Assembly: GCF_001447785.1 (NCBI RefSeq)
Contig: NW_015173134.1
Location: 795,608 to 859,607 of the forward strand
Reading direction: 5' to 3'
Source of the DNA: Gekko japonicus
Taxonomy: Eukaryota
Length of the DNA stretch: 64,000 nt
Shown in pieces: positions 51,412-64,000 of this stretch (the stretch's first letter is position 1; every line of letters starts with the position of its first letter). Position numbers and translations under genes: made by a program. The notes below the pieces were generated by a model, which saw nothing but the letters and a program-made list of their open reading frames with translations, had not been told where the DNA came from and made no database searches.

Positions 51412-52584
51412 TTTTAAACCTTTCTACCCTAGCTGGCCGGAAGTCTCTTATCTAATCCAGAGAGTTCGCTTCCATGTGGGATGGTGAACACCTATTTCCC
51501 AGTCATCCAAGGGCTCACGATTTACACATTTCAGTACTCAGATCATATTTTACACCAGCTATCCATCTTGCCCTTCCTGTCAGGTAGAAAAAATTGTCCT
51601 CTTTGTGAAAAGCATCTCTGCTCTCTGACCTCTTGGTGAACTTTATGGCTTTCTTCCCTGGGGAAGCAAGCAAATATCAGGGTCCCAGAAAACTCCTGGT
51701 GAGCTTCAAAGCACTTTACATCTCCAGGTTCATGACAATGTAAAGTGATCTGTCCTGCAAGAATACTTGGTGCAACATCCGCTCTTCTGCTTGTTATACA
51801 CTACAGACCAAAACTGAAAGAACTCTTAACAGTGGACCCCATGCATGCCAGAACCTGCTTTGGACAAATCCCCTTTGTTTCAAAGAATGTTTGACATGTG
51901 GCACAAGGGGCTGCTATTCAAGAAACACCAAGCCCAACGCCTCATTGGGCACATGGAATTCCTTCTATTGTTCTTTAGATGCAAGCCATAATAACAGTAG
52001 ATCAATCTATTAGATTACTAATGGACAGAAGATGCTGCCATTGGATACTGGGTTGCATCTGATGACAGTAAAACCAACTGTAGCCTTGTGATTCTATGTT
52101 ATTGCTACCAGATGATCTACACTGTATTAATAACACAGACCCTTGCATAGATGGAAATACTTAAACATAAAATGGAGGCTAAATGAATCAGAACTTATTT
52201 GCAGACTGACACAGTAGCTTCTCTGGCATAGGCCAGACTGGAGCCGATGGAATACTGTAAAAACAGTGATTCTGAGTCATATGAAATCCTGCATAGCCAT
52301 TCAGTATAAGGGTAATTATATCTTTTCATATTTATTATGTATAAATATTTGTACTTATGTCATGGGAATCAATCAAGTAAAAAAAGTTTACGCATTTGGC
52401 TAAGTATATGTGAAGAACACTTAAACATTATGGCTTGGAGCCTATGTAGTGCACTCAGAACATCTAAAGTGTGATGATAGTATTATTTGCCTAGTTGCTT
52501 AATGCTCCCCCACTGGGGATGCTTCAGAAAGGAATAAACTGGACATTTTAGGGGCTTTGTGCAACGCACCCTTTCTAACAAAAT

Positions 52585-52808
52585 ATGGTGGTGGTTGGAA
52601 CTGCCAACAAGTTGCAGCCAACTTCTGGCAACCTCATAGGGTTTCCAAGGCAACAGATGAACAGAAGTGGTTTGCTATTGCCTGCTTCTCTGTAGCAACC
52701 CTGGCTGTCTCTTTGGTGGTCTCCCATCCAAGTACGAACCAGGGCTGACACTGCTTAGCTTCCAAGATGTGACAAGATCAGGCTAGCCTGGGCCATCCAG
52801 GTCGGGGC
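52585..52808 (-). mobile_element. 5S rRNA-derived SINE, second subfamily
   Basis: Minus strand CTGATCTTGTCACATCTTGGAAGCTAAGCAG...GTACTTGGATGGGAGACC. The body is shared with a fragment at about 23118-23200. Confidence 0.85.
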
Positions 52809-52999
52809 AACAAAAGGTACCACAGGAATATAGAACAAAACCACCCTTAACAGTGATTCAAGGACATCTCTTCAACTTGAGCAGTCAGCTGTGGTGGAAG
52901 CGCGACAGCCTCACAGAATAGAAGTTCCACTAAAGTTCCGCTTGCACAAAGAAGACAAAAGGAAATAATTCTTTTCTCAAGTTAAATTGGCTAAGAGCA

Positions 53000-53265
53000 C
53001 GGATGGCTATAAAAAGGGGTTAGATGTATCTGTGGAGGATCGGCCCCTCAATGCCTACTTGCCATGCTGAGCAAAGGGAACCTGAGCAAAGGAAGGCAGT
53101 AAACCTCTGAAATCAGTGCTAGGAGGCAAAATCAGGGGAGGTCCTGGGCTTCTAGGCCCTGTTTATTAGCCCTCCAGGGCGACTGATTTGCCTCTGTATG
53201 AAATAGGTTGCTGGACTAGACAGACCACTGGTCTTCTCCAGCAGGGCTCTTCTCATGTTCTTAAA
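53000..53265 (+). mobile_element. CR1-like LINE 3' end
   Basis: Similar to 741-1018; ends ttctcatgttctta. Confidence 0.65.
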
Positions 53266-53677
53266 CAAAATAACACCATAGGATCCAAGCCATATTTACA
53301 CCTCAGTCCTAAGCAGAGTTATACACACCCTTCTAAATCCACTAAACTCAGTGGGCTTAGATGGCTATAACTTGTTTAGGACTGCACTGTTAATAATTTT
53401 AAATACTTTTCCATTCCTAGCAATGTGACTGACATAGGTGATCCATAGGACAGGGATTGGACCGAATTCAAATTATTATATCCACATGCTTTACCGGCAC
53501 ACTGTGGCCAAAGTTAAATCCCACTGATTTGCACAGTATGTGCTTTGCACAGTATGGGATTTGAGTATGTGCTTAGCTTCTCCAGTGGAAGCAAACAGGA
53601 CTACTGGGGCTTAACTTTAGTATTTTCTGGAAACTATTTGTTATTTTCATGGACTCCCCTTACATCCCCATACTTAC

Positions 53678-53750
53678 ATGTTTCCTCAGTACACTGAGTG
53701 ACATTAGAAGTTTTGTTAACCTCAAATGAAGCTTCCTCATGTTGAGAAAC
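53678..53750 (-). CDS. XIRP2: XIRP2 internal coding exon (73 nt, phase 0-1; VSQHEEASFEVNKTSNVTQCTEET)
   Basis: Acceptor ttttacacag|GTT and donor ACAT|gtaagt. Open frame, phases compatible with both neighbours. Too short for the ORF track. Confidence 0.85.
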
Positions 53751-54866
53751 CTGTGTAAAAATATGCAATTTCAATATCAATCAATAATTTATAAGGATTT
53801 ATGCTATACGAATTTGGGGGCGCAGAGATGCTGTATGTACGGAATCATCTCACCTCTACCCCAATTATGCTATAGTCTTCTATGAACCAGTTCAAATTTC
53901 ATGCTCACAAGGAAGGTTTAGACACTGGGTTGGACCCAGCCATTGTGTGAGGAAAGCAGAATGCATTTGTGTGACTCCACTTGTGCAAGCTGTAGTGCGG
54001 TTGCTGCACAGCACCTCAGGCAATGTGCATGTGAAGGAAGGGAATGCACACATGATTTTGTTTCATTTGTTCTGAAATTGTTACAGAAGAATCTTGTGCG
54101 ACATGTTGTGCAGGCAGAAAAGATTGTGGGGATACAACCACTTTCACTTAGCACGAGCAGACTGTTGTGCACATGGAAGCTTTCCAGACGACCCAACCCT
54201 TCCCTCCCCTTCCCACACTTGTAATGCAGCAATGAAAAGACTCGCCCACAACTACATGGATATTTTAAAGATTACTGTGAAAAGGCTTTCTATGAATGCC
54301 ACATATATCACATTAGTGCAATGTTCATATATGATAACAGCCATGTACAGATGCAAGAATGTGGAAGGATCAAATATATAACACACACACACACCTATTC
54401 ATTAGAAGTGGGCACATTTTTAATTCGTTTATGCTTCATTTGTCATTAGATGAATTTGTGTTCAGTTCTTCATTACCCTTTTTGGGAATGCCTCCCTCCT
54501 CCTCCTCTCTATGGCTATTCTGCTGCTTCTGCTTCTGGCAGTAGTGATGATACCCAGGTAGCCAGGCAATTAGTTGGCAGGTGTCTGGGCAGGGAAAGAA
54601 AATCCATCCTTTGGTGCCTTAGGTTCTTCCAAGGCATCTCAGGCCTGGGGAATGTAGACCTCAATGTGCCTGCCTACCATTATGTAAGGACTAAATTTCC
54701 CATGATGCACCGAGGCACAGGCCAACATCAATAATAGTGTCTGAGGTGCCTTAAGTGATGGTGGAGGGGAGAAAGAATTTTGTTTCCCCTGCTGGCCATC
54801 TTCCTGCCTACCTGACTGCCACCATTTGTCTGGCTAAAAGCAGCAACTGCTGCCATCTAGGTAAGT

Positions 54867-55083
54867 TAGGGCTGCTAACTTCCAGGTGGGGACTGGAGAC
54901 CTCCTGGAATTACAACTGATTCTTGACAGCAAAGAGCATTGCCATGGAGAAAATGGCTGCTTTGGCGGGTGGACTACATGGAATTATATGCCACTGAGGT
55001 CCCTCCCCTCCACAAACCCCACTCTCTACAGGCTCCACCCCCAAAATCTCCAGGCATTTCCCAGCTCAGAGCTGGCAGCCCTA
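54867..55083. mobile_element. TAGGG(T/C)TGCC hAT MITE
   Basis: TIRs plus exact 8-bp TSD AGGTAAGT. Confidence 0.88.
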
Positions 55084-56089
55084 AGGTAAGTTTAAGAACT
55101 GGAGAAGAGAGAGAGGAGGAAGAAATGGGAGGGCAATGAATGAAGATAGGGCACTTTGTCTACTCCCCCCCCCTTTGTTTTCATCGCTCGGATGAATGAA
55201 CTCCATTGGGCTCTGGGGTTTGTTTTTTATTCATTTGGTAACTAATAAATATTCTGCGTATTCAGCACTGGATAACTGCAATAGCAGGGGGTAACTAGAG
55301 TTTGGCACAACCATCAGAAATCAAGCACCACAGAAAGAGCTCTGCATCCCCCAAAATTGCTTCAACTACAGTGTGTTTATTTATTTATTTAAATCATTTC
55401 TACTCTGTCTCTCCATATAAATATCTCTGAGGCAGTTTAACAGCATATGAAGACAGGTGCTGCCCATGTTCTATGGGAGAAGTGGAATCGATGCTCCACA
55501 AGTTCTTCCTTTTCATCAAGCTTACAGAGACAAACTTATCACCCCCCTCTTAGATAGAGGAAAATCAGCAAATCTGTAGACAAATAGCTAAATTCTGTGC
55601 ACATCTGGTAAAATTCCACAACAAAACAGATCAAGCATAATCCTTATCTACCTTCCACATAACTCATAATTAGTTCAGTCATAGATATTTTATAATTTTT
55701 GATACAATGGATTTTTAAACTTTTAATGATTTTAAGGTTATATGTCTAAATATCTTTTAAGCGGGAAGCAAATTTGTTTGTACCTAATGAATATGTATTT
55801 CTTTGATCATTGATTGAACTGGAGGCAGTTTAACGGAGGCCATCCATTTTGACTGGTGAGATATTAACAATGCCCATCCGAACCAGACTTACACCCTCCT
55901 ATTGAAGTCAGAAGGCCATAACTCTGCTTAGGGGGGCAGTGTAGGCAATGTGCATGCAGGTGTGAATTGGGTCTTTAGAAAACAATTGCTTGCTTCCAAA
56001 TCAGAATGGCTGCCACAAGCACAACATGCATCCGAGCTCTTCAGAATTCTTAATAGTGGCCTATCGAAACTATTGTTACTGGAAGTTAC

Positions 56090-56197
56090 CATTTCTGACT
56101 GAATGGTTTCCACCTGAGTTGCTTTAGAAGTCTCTTCATTGAGGCTGGTTTGTTTGCTACTGCTTGACATCTTGGCTTGACTTCTGTTTGTCACTTT
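56090..56197 (-). CDS. XIRP2: XIRP2 internal coding exon (108 nt, phase 0-0; KVTNRSQAK...IQSEM)
   Basis: Minus-strand acceptor tttctttag|AAAGTG and donor GAAATG|gtaact. 36 open codons, joining in frame to the next exon (EM|VSQH), which resembles mammalian XIRP2 'TEM|VSH'. Confidence 0.8.
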
Positions 56198-58065
56198 CTA
56201 AAGAAAAATAATATAAAAACCCATCAATGTTATGTTTGCACCTTTATGATAATTTTCAAAATAAAAAAGTTCTTGTTTCCGCATGTAAACATAAATGAGA
56301 CCAAATATCACATTTTTACTAGTAAATTGTAATTAATAATATTATATAAACGCACATGATCCTTGGTCTATTAAGGTCAATATTGTCTAATCTGATTGGC
56401 AGCAGCTCTCCAGAGCCTCACATACTCTACCACTGTGCCATAGTCCCTCCACTCTTACCAGTTGTTGCAACATACACTGTACTTTCCGTACTACTACTTA
56501 TCTACAAGATTTATCTTACTGTTGCGGGTAGAATAAGATAAATGTTATTAAAAGTAGTAGAATGCAAGAAATGACCTGGGTTTTAATGGAAGCTGTCCTG
56601 ATTTAATCAGCAAACTCCTGTCTACTCAGAAGCCTTTGACCAGAATATATAGGGAAACTGTTAACTTTTCAAAGTTGAGGATGGTTGCACATACATTACT
56701 TAAAACCAGTGACTTGAAGTCCCAGTTGGCTGGGCAAACTCTGGGAGAAGTACTGCCCATTTGTAGAGCTGCAAGGTAATGTAAGTCAGTGATGAGCTAG
56801 GCTTGTGAAGACCTTTAGATACGAGTCCAATAACTCATAATCACTATACCACACTGGCCCTCTAACTACTTAGGGTTGTACCTCAGTAATTTATGTAGAG
56901 ATCAGTGGATATCTAAAAAGTGCTTAGAAGTGGATCATACCTGCTAAGATTACAGCAGTCTTAATGTTTCCGGGCAAGTGACTGCATTACTACCCAACTC
57001 TACAGTACACGATGGTATCAGCAGACTTTGGTGTCAAACTCAAAAACTGGAAGAGCAATTCGGTTGCTCAGAAGGACCTAGCACACTTGACATTATTTAG
57101 GCACAAAAATGCACCAGATGTATAAATGGTGATCTGTGCAACTCATAATCCTCAAAACCCACAACAGGGAGTAAATCTTCATGAAAGCATTTAGCCCTTT
57201 GTTGATAGTCCTTAGTTTCGCATACATTTCCTTATATACATTATGGAAAGAGAAAAAAGTGAACTGGAGGACATACAGCTCTCTGTTCCCCAAATTATTG
57301 CTTTTATAGTATTTACATAAAATGAAAAAGCAACTAGGATGGATAAAAGGGAAGAGCCAGTGGAAGACCGATCACCTGCTTTGCAATGCAGAAGGTCCTA
57401 GATTCAATACTCCGAATTTCCAGTTAAAAGGATCCGATAGTTGGTGATCTGAAATACCTTTCCTTGAGAAGAGCTGCTGTCAGTCAGAGCAGACAATGGG
57501 GATCTTGATAGACCAGTGTTCTGACTCAGAACAAGGCCATTTTTAGGCATATGGAAGAACACACAAGCTTAGCCCATGTGGGTTGCGGCAGCTGGAAGAA
57601 TGGACGGAATTATTTATACATGTCTTTTCATAACAGCAATTGTGGGAATGCTGTTGCAGAGTGAGTTTCACAAGCAAATGCAGAAAAATCAATGCATGTC
57701 CCACAGGTAAGAATGGATGTTAACAAGTGCCAAGGATTGATTTTTACATACAGAATTCACTGCAGCAGATAACAGTTGAAGGGAGTCAGAAAGTGCTTGG
57801 TCAAGAAGCCTGGGACAGCACTGTAAATTGTCATCTCAAACCCCACATGGGAGTTCTATCAAACTGCAGTAAATTTAAGTCTTTTCTTAATTTTGGTTCC
57901 ATTATTTAAATAGTTTAATGCACAACTGTAGCTCGCAAATGTTAAATGTGGCCAGTGTTAGTCTTCTGTTTGCAGTGGACTATTTGCCCAGCCTGCTATA
58001 AAGTAAAGGAAACTCTGAGTGACTAGAGGATTCTATAGATGTGAGACAGGCAATGTGTGCTGAAC

Positions 58066-58075
58066 NNNNNNNNNN
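58066..58075. other. Assembly gap (10 N)
   Basis: Run of N flanked by tgaac on both sides. Confidence 0.99.
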
Positions 58076-61000
58076 TGAACCGTGGCATACCAGATCAGTT
58101 CACTTGGTGTGCAGGGCTCCACTAGGATTGCCAGGCATGGACCGATGACGGAAGGGTGGGGATATGGTGGAGCCCAGCAGCGATGGTGTGATGTCACTTC
58201 AGGGGAAAACCTGGAAGTGACATCATGCCTCTCTAAGAATCACCAGAAACTCTATGGTAAAATGACAAGTGTTTCTGGTGGTTCCTAGAGAGGACTGATG
58301 TCACTTCGAGGTTTTCCCCAGAAGTAACATCACGCTGTTGCTGATGGTGATTTTTTAAATTTTTATTTCCTCCCACCAGCTGCAGCAGAGGTAGTGGCAG
58401 GAAATGAGAGCCAGGGGTGGGAAATTCCCTACCCCCAGGCTGTAGGCTAGCAAGCTCATTCTCCATCCAGAGCCTACAGTGAGCCCTAATGGTCCCAGCA
58501 ACACCGTTGGGGCTCAACTTGCTCTTAGTAAGTCTTATTAAGTAGAACTCTTATTTCTCCCTAGCCCATATTTTGTTTACTGGAATACCAATGTCTTTAC
58601 ACAGAGATATGGCAGAGATTCTGGCATTTAGGCCAAAACATTTGTCTGTCCCTAATACAGATCTCTCTTTAACAATACACCTTATCTTACTTATAGAGAA
58701 TGAATACAGAGAATGAATAATGGATAGCCCACAGTTGGTTACTACTTTGATGTGCTTTCCTTATTGCTATTGTTAGGCTGAGCATTTTGCAAGCAATAAA
58801 CTGCTATATCTGTAAAACACCAAAACTTTAAGGCCCACTAGCCCACGTAATTTCATGAGATCAAATGAATAACAGTCTTCTTTATGAGAAAAAACAGTAT
58901 CCAGAGATAAATCTGCATATTAGGAGACTAACCTGGGGGGAAAGTTAGCCAGTTTGATTCCTTAATGAAAGAAACTTTACTGTGGCTATATCAGTTGGAC
59001 GTGTTTATAAGTAACCCATCCATTTTAGTGCCCCCAAGCAATGCTTCTTAAATACAATCTCTTACGTAAAACTTTCCATGTTTTGAACAAAGGCCCCATG
59101 GACACTTAACAGCATAAACTCTGGGAACTGCAAGGTAATTTGAATTTCTCCTGACTCATTAGCTGCCAGACCTGCCTTTTTGCCAGGGCTTTTGAGGGGG
59201 TCGGAATATCAGGAATCTTTTAAGGGGAGGGGATTTGGGGCTTGTTATTTTATCTTTGATTATAGCTAAGAGTGTTCTAACTATTATTATAAGTCACCTT
59301 GAACCAAGAGGAAAGGCGGGATATAAATGTTTTAATAAATAACAGCCCAGAGGAATAAAAACATGTTGATAATGCAAATGTGTGCATACTCAAAAGCTTT
59401 ATAGCAGAAACAACATAAGGCAAGCCTCTCAGCTGTTGTTTCTCTTTTTCTCCCTCTCATTTGCAATTTGGTAAGCCTAGCTACATGTGGGAAAGGAGGG
59501 AAGGAGGTATTAAGTACTTGGCTACACACACACATAGAACATGATGCTATAATTGACTTTATTGGAAACCAAAAGATTAAGCTACTAGCAAAACTAGAGA
59601 ACAACTGCTGACAGACAGTTAGGCCTAGATAGCCTTCCAAATTCTCCACTCCCTGCTCCAGTTTCCCATCCTTAAAAAACTGAAGAGTGTGGGGAAAGAC
59701 TCCATAGCAATACTCCAAGAATTTCTTTTGAAGGGTTAGGGTTGCCAAGTCTTGTCAAGGCTGTAGTTTAAACTGCCTTCCCTTCCCTTCAAGGGGAGGC
59801 TTGCTTGGGTTCCCCGCAGCCGCGAGGCGCCCGGGCAAGCCAAGGGAAGGCATAGCGGCATGGCCTAATATGCTAATGAGCTGTGCTGTCAGGGGTGCAG
59901 CCTAATATGCTAATGAGTTTCTGCTGTTGGGTGTGACCTATTATGCTAATGAGCTCCTGCTGGGCTTTTTCTAAAAAAAGAAAAGCCCTGGTATCAGGTA
60001 AAAGATTTTCTTCATGTTGGAGTTTACTTGATCTATTTATGTTGCCTGGTTGGTTTGATCTTACTGTGTGCATGTGTGTGTTTCTCCTTCCCCTGATCAG
60101 AAGTAAGTGAGGTTAGTTATTTTTGTCCTGCTGAGATGTTGCCTGTATAATGACAAGTTTCCAGGCACTTTTGCTGATCTTAATCACTTGGAGCCCTGAG
60201 AAAATAGCCAGGGATGGAATGATTTCTGTCCATGTAAGGTAACTTTCTCACCTCCCCCTCCTGCTGCACCCCAAAATGCCCAGATGCTTCCCCTAGGGGG
60301 GCAGGGGAACCCCAGGAACACCATCAGGGGTTAGTGGGAGATCTGCAGCAAGAGGGGGAAATAAAAAATACCAGTAGGATCCAAACCCCCTTTTTATTGT
60401 CACATTGATTACCTGATATCTGGGTTTTTTTAAAGTCACCTTGGAAAGAAACATTTGTTTAAAAAAATCAAAATAATGGGCTTACTCCCTTGTGTGGGAT
60501 GCAGCCTTAAGTCCCATTGACACCAATTAGATTTAGCTCTCGGGTTCAAACCCCCACTTTGCCATGGAAGACTGCTGGGTAACCATGGGCTGGTCACACA
60601 ATCTCTGCCTAACTGACCTCACTGGGGTGTTTTGAGGATAAAATCAAGGAGAGGAGAACAATGTAAGCCATTCCGTGTCCCCAGTGGGGAGAAAGGCTGA
60701 GTAGAAATGAAGGAGTTCAGTTCTGTTTCAGGAACTCTTAATGGCATAGAGTGTAATAAAATGCAGAAACAGTCTTACATAAATAAAAACAACATGGGAG
60801 TAATACAGTCCAGTTAAGGTGATAAAACAGTGTCAAATAATAACAATGCATAAGAGCAAAATTAATCAAGTATTCTCTGCTTTAGCCTTAGCAACAGGTT
60901 TCTAAGAAATGAAGTAAATAAACAAACAAATAAGGTAAGGATCAGGAGATTAGACTTGCAGGCTTTGGACTTCAGTTGATGTTTCCCTTTTATTGCTTAT

Positions 61001-61182
61001 CTGATATACTACACAGATTCTTCACATAAAATAACAAACATGACATTAAAGAAATATAAAGTCCATGTAAATGATATTAAGAAAATCCAGTCGCTTCTTG
61101 AAGACTTTTTTTTTTGAAATTTACAAAAGTACAGTTTTATAAGTTTTTACTTCTTTCACCTGGTGCTAGTGGGGTGTGTGTG

Positions 61183-61720
61183 TTTGGTGTAGTGGTTAAG
61201 TGTGCGGACTCTAATCTGGGAGAACAGGGTTTGATTCCGCACTCCTCCACTTGCACCTGGCTGGATGACCTTGGGCAAGCCATAGTTCTGATAAGAGCTG
61301 TTCTTGAAAAAGAGCAGTTTCTGTCAAGAGCTCTCTCAGCCCCACCTACCTCACAGGGTGTCTGTTGGTGAAAGGGAAAGAAGTTTGTAAGCCACTCTGA
61401 GACTCCTTTGGGTAGTGAAGGGCGGGGTATAAATCCAATCTCTTCTTCTTATCCAAAAATGGCTTTGAACCCCCTTAAATGGGTGGAGGGTCAAAAGATG
61501 GGGCATAAATAATCAAAGTCAGTGTGGTGTAGTGGTTAAGAGTGGTAGATTCTAATCTGAGGAACTGGGTTTGATTCCCTCCTCCTCCTCCACACAAAGC
61601 CTGCTAGGTGACCTTGGGCAAGTCACAGTTCTCTCAGAACTCTCTCAGCCCCACTTACCTCACAAGGTGCCTGTTGCGGGGAGAGGAAAGGAAGGCAATT
61701 TTAAGCCACTTTCTACCTTA
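61183..61720 (+). mobile_element. Two adjacent Squam3-like SINEs (about 61183-61450 and 61520-61720)
   Basis: Each has a tggtgtagtggttaag A-box, ggtttgattcc B-box and ctctcagccccac core. Confidence 0.85.
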
Positions 61721-61777
61721 AGGTAGAAAAAAACCCAAGGTATACAAACCAATGCTTTTAAATAAATAGTCTTATTA

Positions 61778-62219
61778 GGCCCCTGCCATACGGCAGGGAA
61801 ACCACGAAGCAAAAGTGCGGCTAATAGAGCCGCTCCAACGTTGAGACGCTGTGGCGGGATCCCACGGATCCCCTGGCCGCAGCGCCTCTTCTCCCCGGCA
61901 AGAGCAGACGCCGGGGAGGATGAGCCCGATGGGAGGGGGAGGCTGCCGAACTGCGCATGCCCGAGCATGCGCAGTACGGCCGGGGGCTGGGATGCGGCGG
62001 CGCAAGGACGCGCTGCCGATCCCACGGCCGGCTTGGGGCGCTCCAGACGGCTGCAACCACCTAGATAGGTGGTTCGTTTTTGCAGCGGGGTAGCGCCATT
62101 TGGGCCGGATCAGGGACGGAGACGGCACGCTCCCCAGATGTTGCGGTGGGATCGCGTCCGTTTGCTCCGCCCCTGTTCCGTCCCACTCCCGTCCCAAATG
62201 GGCCCGTATGAACGGGGCC
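61778..62219. mobile_element. CpG-rich PIF/Harbinger-like MITE
   Basis: TIRs GGCCCCTGCCATACGG / CCGTATGAACGGGGCC (13 of 16 match); 3-bp TSD TTA on both sides. Confidence 0.8.
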
Positions 62220-63119
62220 TTAAAGGTGCAGCTAGTTTGCCTTGATATTATTTTCTGTAAAGACAACCATGCTTAAATAATTCTGTGTAAAAACATATGA
62301 GATATTAGACTAAAAAGCATGGGTAATCACCAACTCATTTATGAAGTTTGTAATCAATGTTGTTTAGCTCGGGGACTGTAGCCATCACTCAGCCTCCATG
62401 TCTGTCTGTCTGTTTGTTTATCTAGCCATCTTAGTTTGCCTTTGTACAGCCCTGGGAAAAACCTGCCAATCCTTTTCAAACAAAAGCTTAAACAGAATGG
62501 ATGATCCCTGCACGTTAGTGACCAATACTTGTAATCACATTCTTCAGAGAGATGATCATATTCTTCAGCAGTGACCCAGGTGCACTTCCCTGGTTTTACT
62601 AGCAGTAATCCATTTTCTTGGGCTTTCTTGTGCCTTTATGATGAGCCAAACTTCATATCAGTTGATGCTCTTTGTTATGGCTTTGTGTCCTCTAGTCTAT
62701 AAGAATTCGGCTTGTATTACGTTTACCCCTTTCCACAAAAAAGGCTGGGTGCTCTTTTGTCTGACACTGGTTGTCTCTGACAGCCAGGTTTATGCGGTAT
62801 TGACTGATTGGTCTGCTTACCCTTCAGAATCAATTTGCAGGGGGATCTCTGAAACTAATTTTTTTCCCCAAAACAGAAAAGGCTCTTTCCAGTTTCAACC
62901 AATATAACAGCCCAGTCCAGCTCTGTTTCTGTTTTTCTCAATGGAAAGGCAGGGGCCCTGTGACCCCTGTGTGCCATAGCAAGTTGAACGTATGCACATG
63001 GATCTAAACAAGTGGTGGGGGCTATCATGGCCAGTTTGGGATTTGGCCACCCACCTTCTCTAAAGATATGATCAGCAGTAGCAAAGCTCACACTGCCAAC
63101 CATGTTCGCAGACTCAGGT

Positions 63120-63285
63120 GAGGTAGCCATGTTGGTCTGAAGTAGCAGAACAAAGTTTGAGTCCAGCGGCACCTTTAAGACGAACAAAGTTTTTATTCAA
63201 GGTGTGTGCCTTGCACACGAAAGCTTATACCTTGAATAAAACTTTCCTGTTCTTAAAGGTGCCCCTGGACTCAAATTTTGTTCAA
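63120..63285. mobile_element. Penelope-like element remnant forming an inverted repeat
   Basis: gaacaaagtttgagtccagcggcacctttaaga...tcttaaaggtgcccctggactcaaattttgttc. Related pieces at about 12318-12400, 12970-13090 and 35745-35850. Confidence 0.65.
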
Positions 63286-64000
63286 CCGTGTTAGCAGTCC
63301 AACAGCAGGAACTTGTATCACCTGTGCACTGTCCAGCAATGGGAGTGGCATGCATAGTATCCATAATGCCTGATCTCTAAGGGGTGTAATCTTATGCATA
63401 TTAACTTGGGAGCTCACCCCACTGAACACAAAGTAAACATGGATAGAAGTGGGCTTTATGTGGGTATAGTGCCCATCAAAGGCAACTGCACACACAGCAT
63501 CACGTGCACACATGGAACCTCCTCTGTGAGGGCTGTAATCCTATGCATACCAACTTGGAAGTGTGCCCTGTTGAACACAGAGTAAAGGTGCACCGATTTG
63601 GGCTGTATGTATCCCATGTGTCACCAGACTGGAGTGATGGTGTTAGGGCCGGAGTCAACATACTCTCAGGTGGGGCAGCTTCCAGGGCCTGGGGCTTCTG
63701 GCAGGAACTGCTGTTGATGACCGTCCCCCCCACATGCCATTTCCCTGCCTGCTCACTTGTGAGTGCTCTGCCACCTGTGCATCCAGCTGCACACACTGTC
63801 CAGCTCCATCAGGGAAAGGGCTGTGGGCAGTGCAGATAGTTGTAAGCATGGGCAGTGGGAGGGCATCTGGGCAGGGCAGGAGGCACAGGCAGGAAGTGAG
63901 ACAGATGGGGTGGGTGGGTAGTAAGGGGGCCCCTGTCGGTTGTCTGCCCAGGACCCCCCCCCCCAAATCTGGAACCAGCCCTGGTCCTAAACAACATTAT

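Noticed and set aside
55928-56089. Extension of the XIRP2 exon to the ORF stop at 55928
   Set aside because: A GT donor at 56089 gives an in-phase join to the next exon. The remainder looks intronic.
61183-61250. tRNA genes
   Set aside because: Only A/B-box SINE heads, with no complete cloverleaf.
61660-62266. CpG-island promoter or first exon with several ORFs
   Set aside because: The CpG-rich part is bounded exactly by TIRs and a TTA TSD, so it is a MITE.

Overview
Vertebrate genomic DNA, not prokaryotic. The repeat families (Squam3-like and Sauria-like SINEs, TAGGGTTGCCA and CAGGGCTTTTT hAT MITEs) suggest a squamate reptile, probably a gecko. The only host gene I can support is the 3' part of XIRP2 (Xin actin-binding repeat protein 2) on the minus strand. 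Six exons have canonical AG/GT sites and compatible phases: 56197-56090, 53750-53678, 50310-50177, a giant 9394-nt exon 47904-38511 with 28 Xin repeats, a 134-nt exon 33666-33533, and a terminal exon whose coding part is 30526-28975. The giant exon is 3n+1 long, so the 134-nt exon is read in two frames. When the giant exon is included it gives a short C-terminal tail and a stop; when it is skipped it gives the first half of a LIM domain (the EPLIN-like short isoform). The rest of the window is intronic or intergenic and rich in transposons: an L1/Tx1 3' end, a decayed Ty1/Copia element interrupted by a 1.3-kb ORF1-only (HAL1-like) retroposon with poly(A) and a 13-bp TSD, a solo LTR, CR1 and L2 fragments, tRNA- and 5S-derived SINEs, Penelope remnants, and many hAT/Harbinger MITEs with readable TSDs. 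Nearly all other short ORFs in the track look spurious. Family names come from recognising the sequence by eye; no database search was run.
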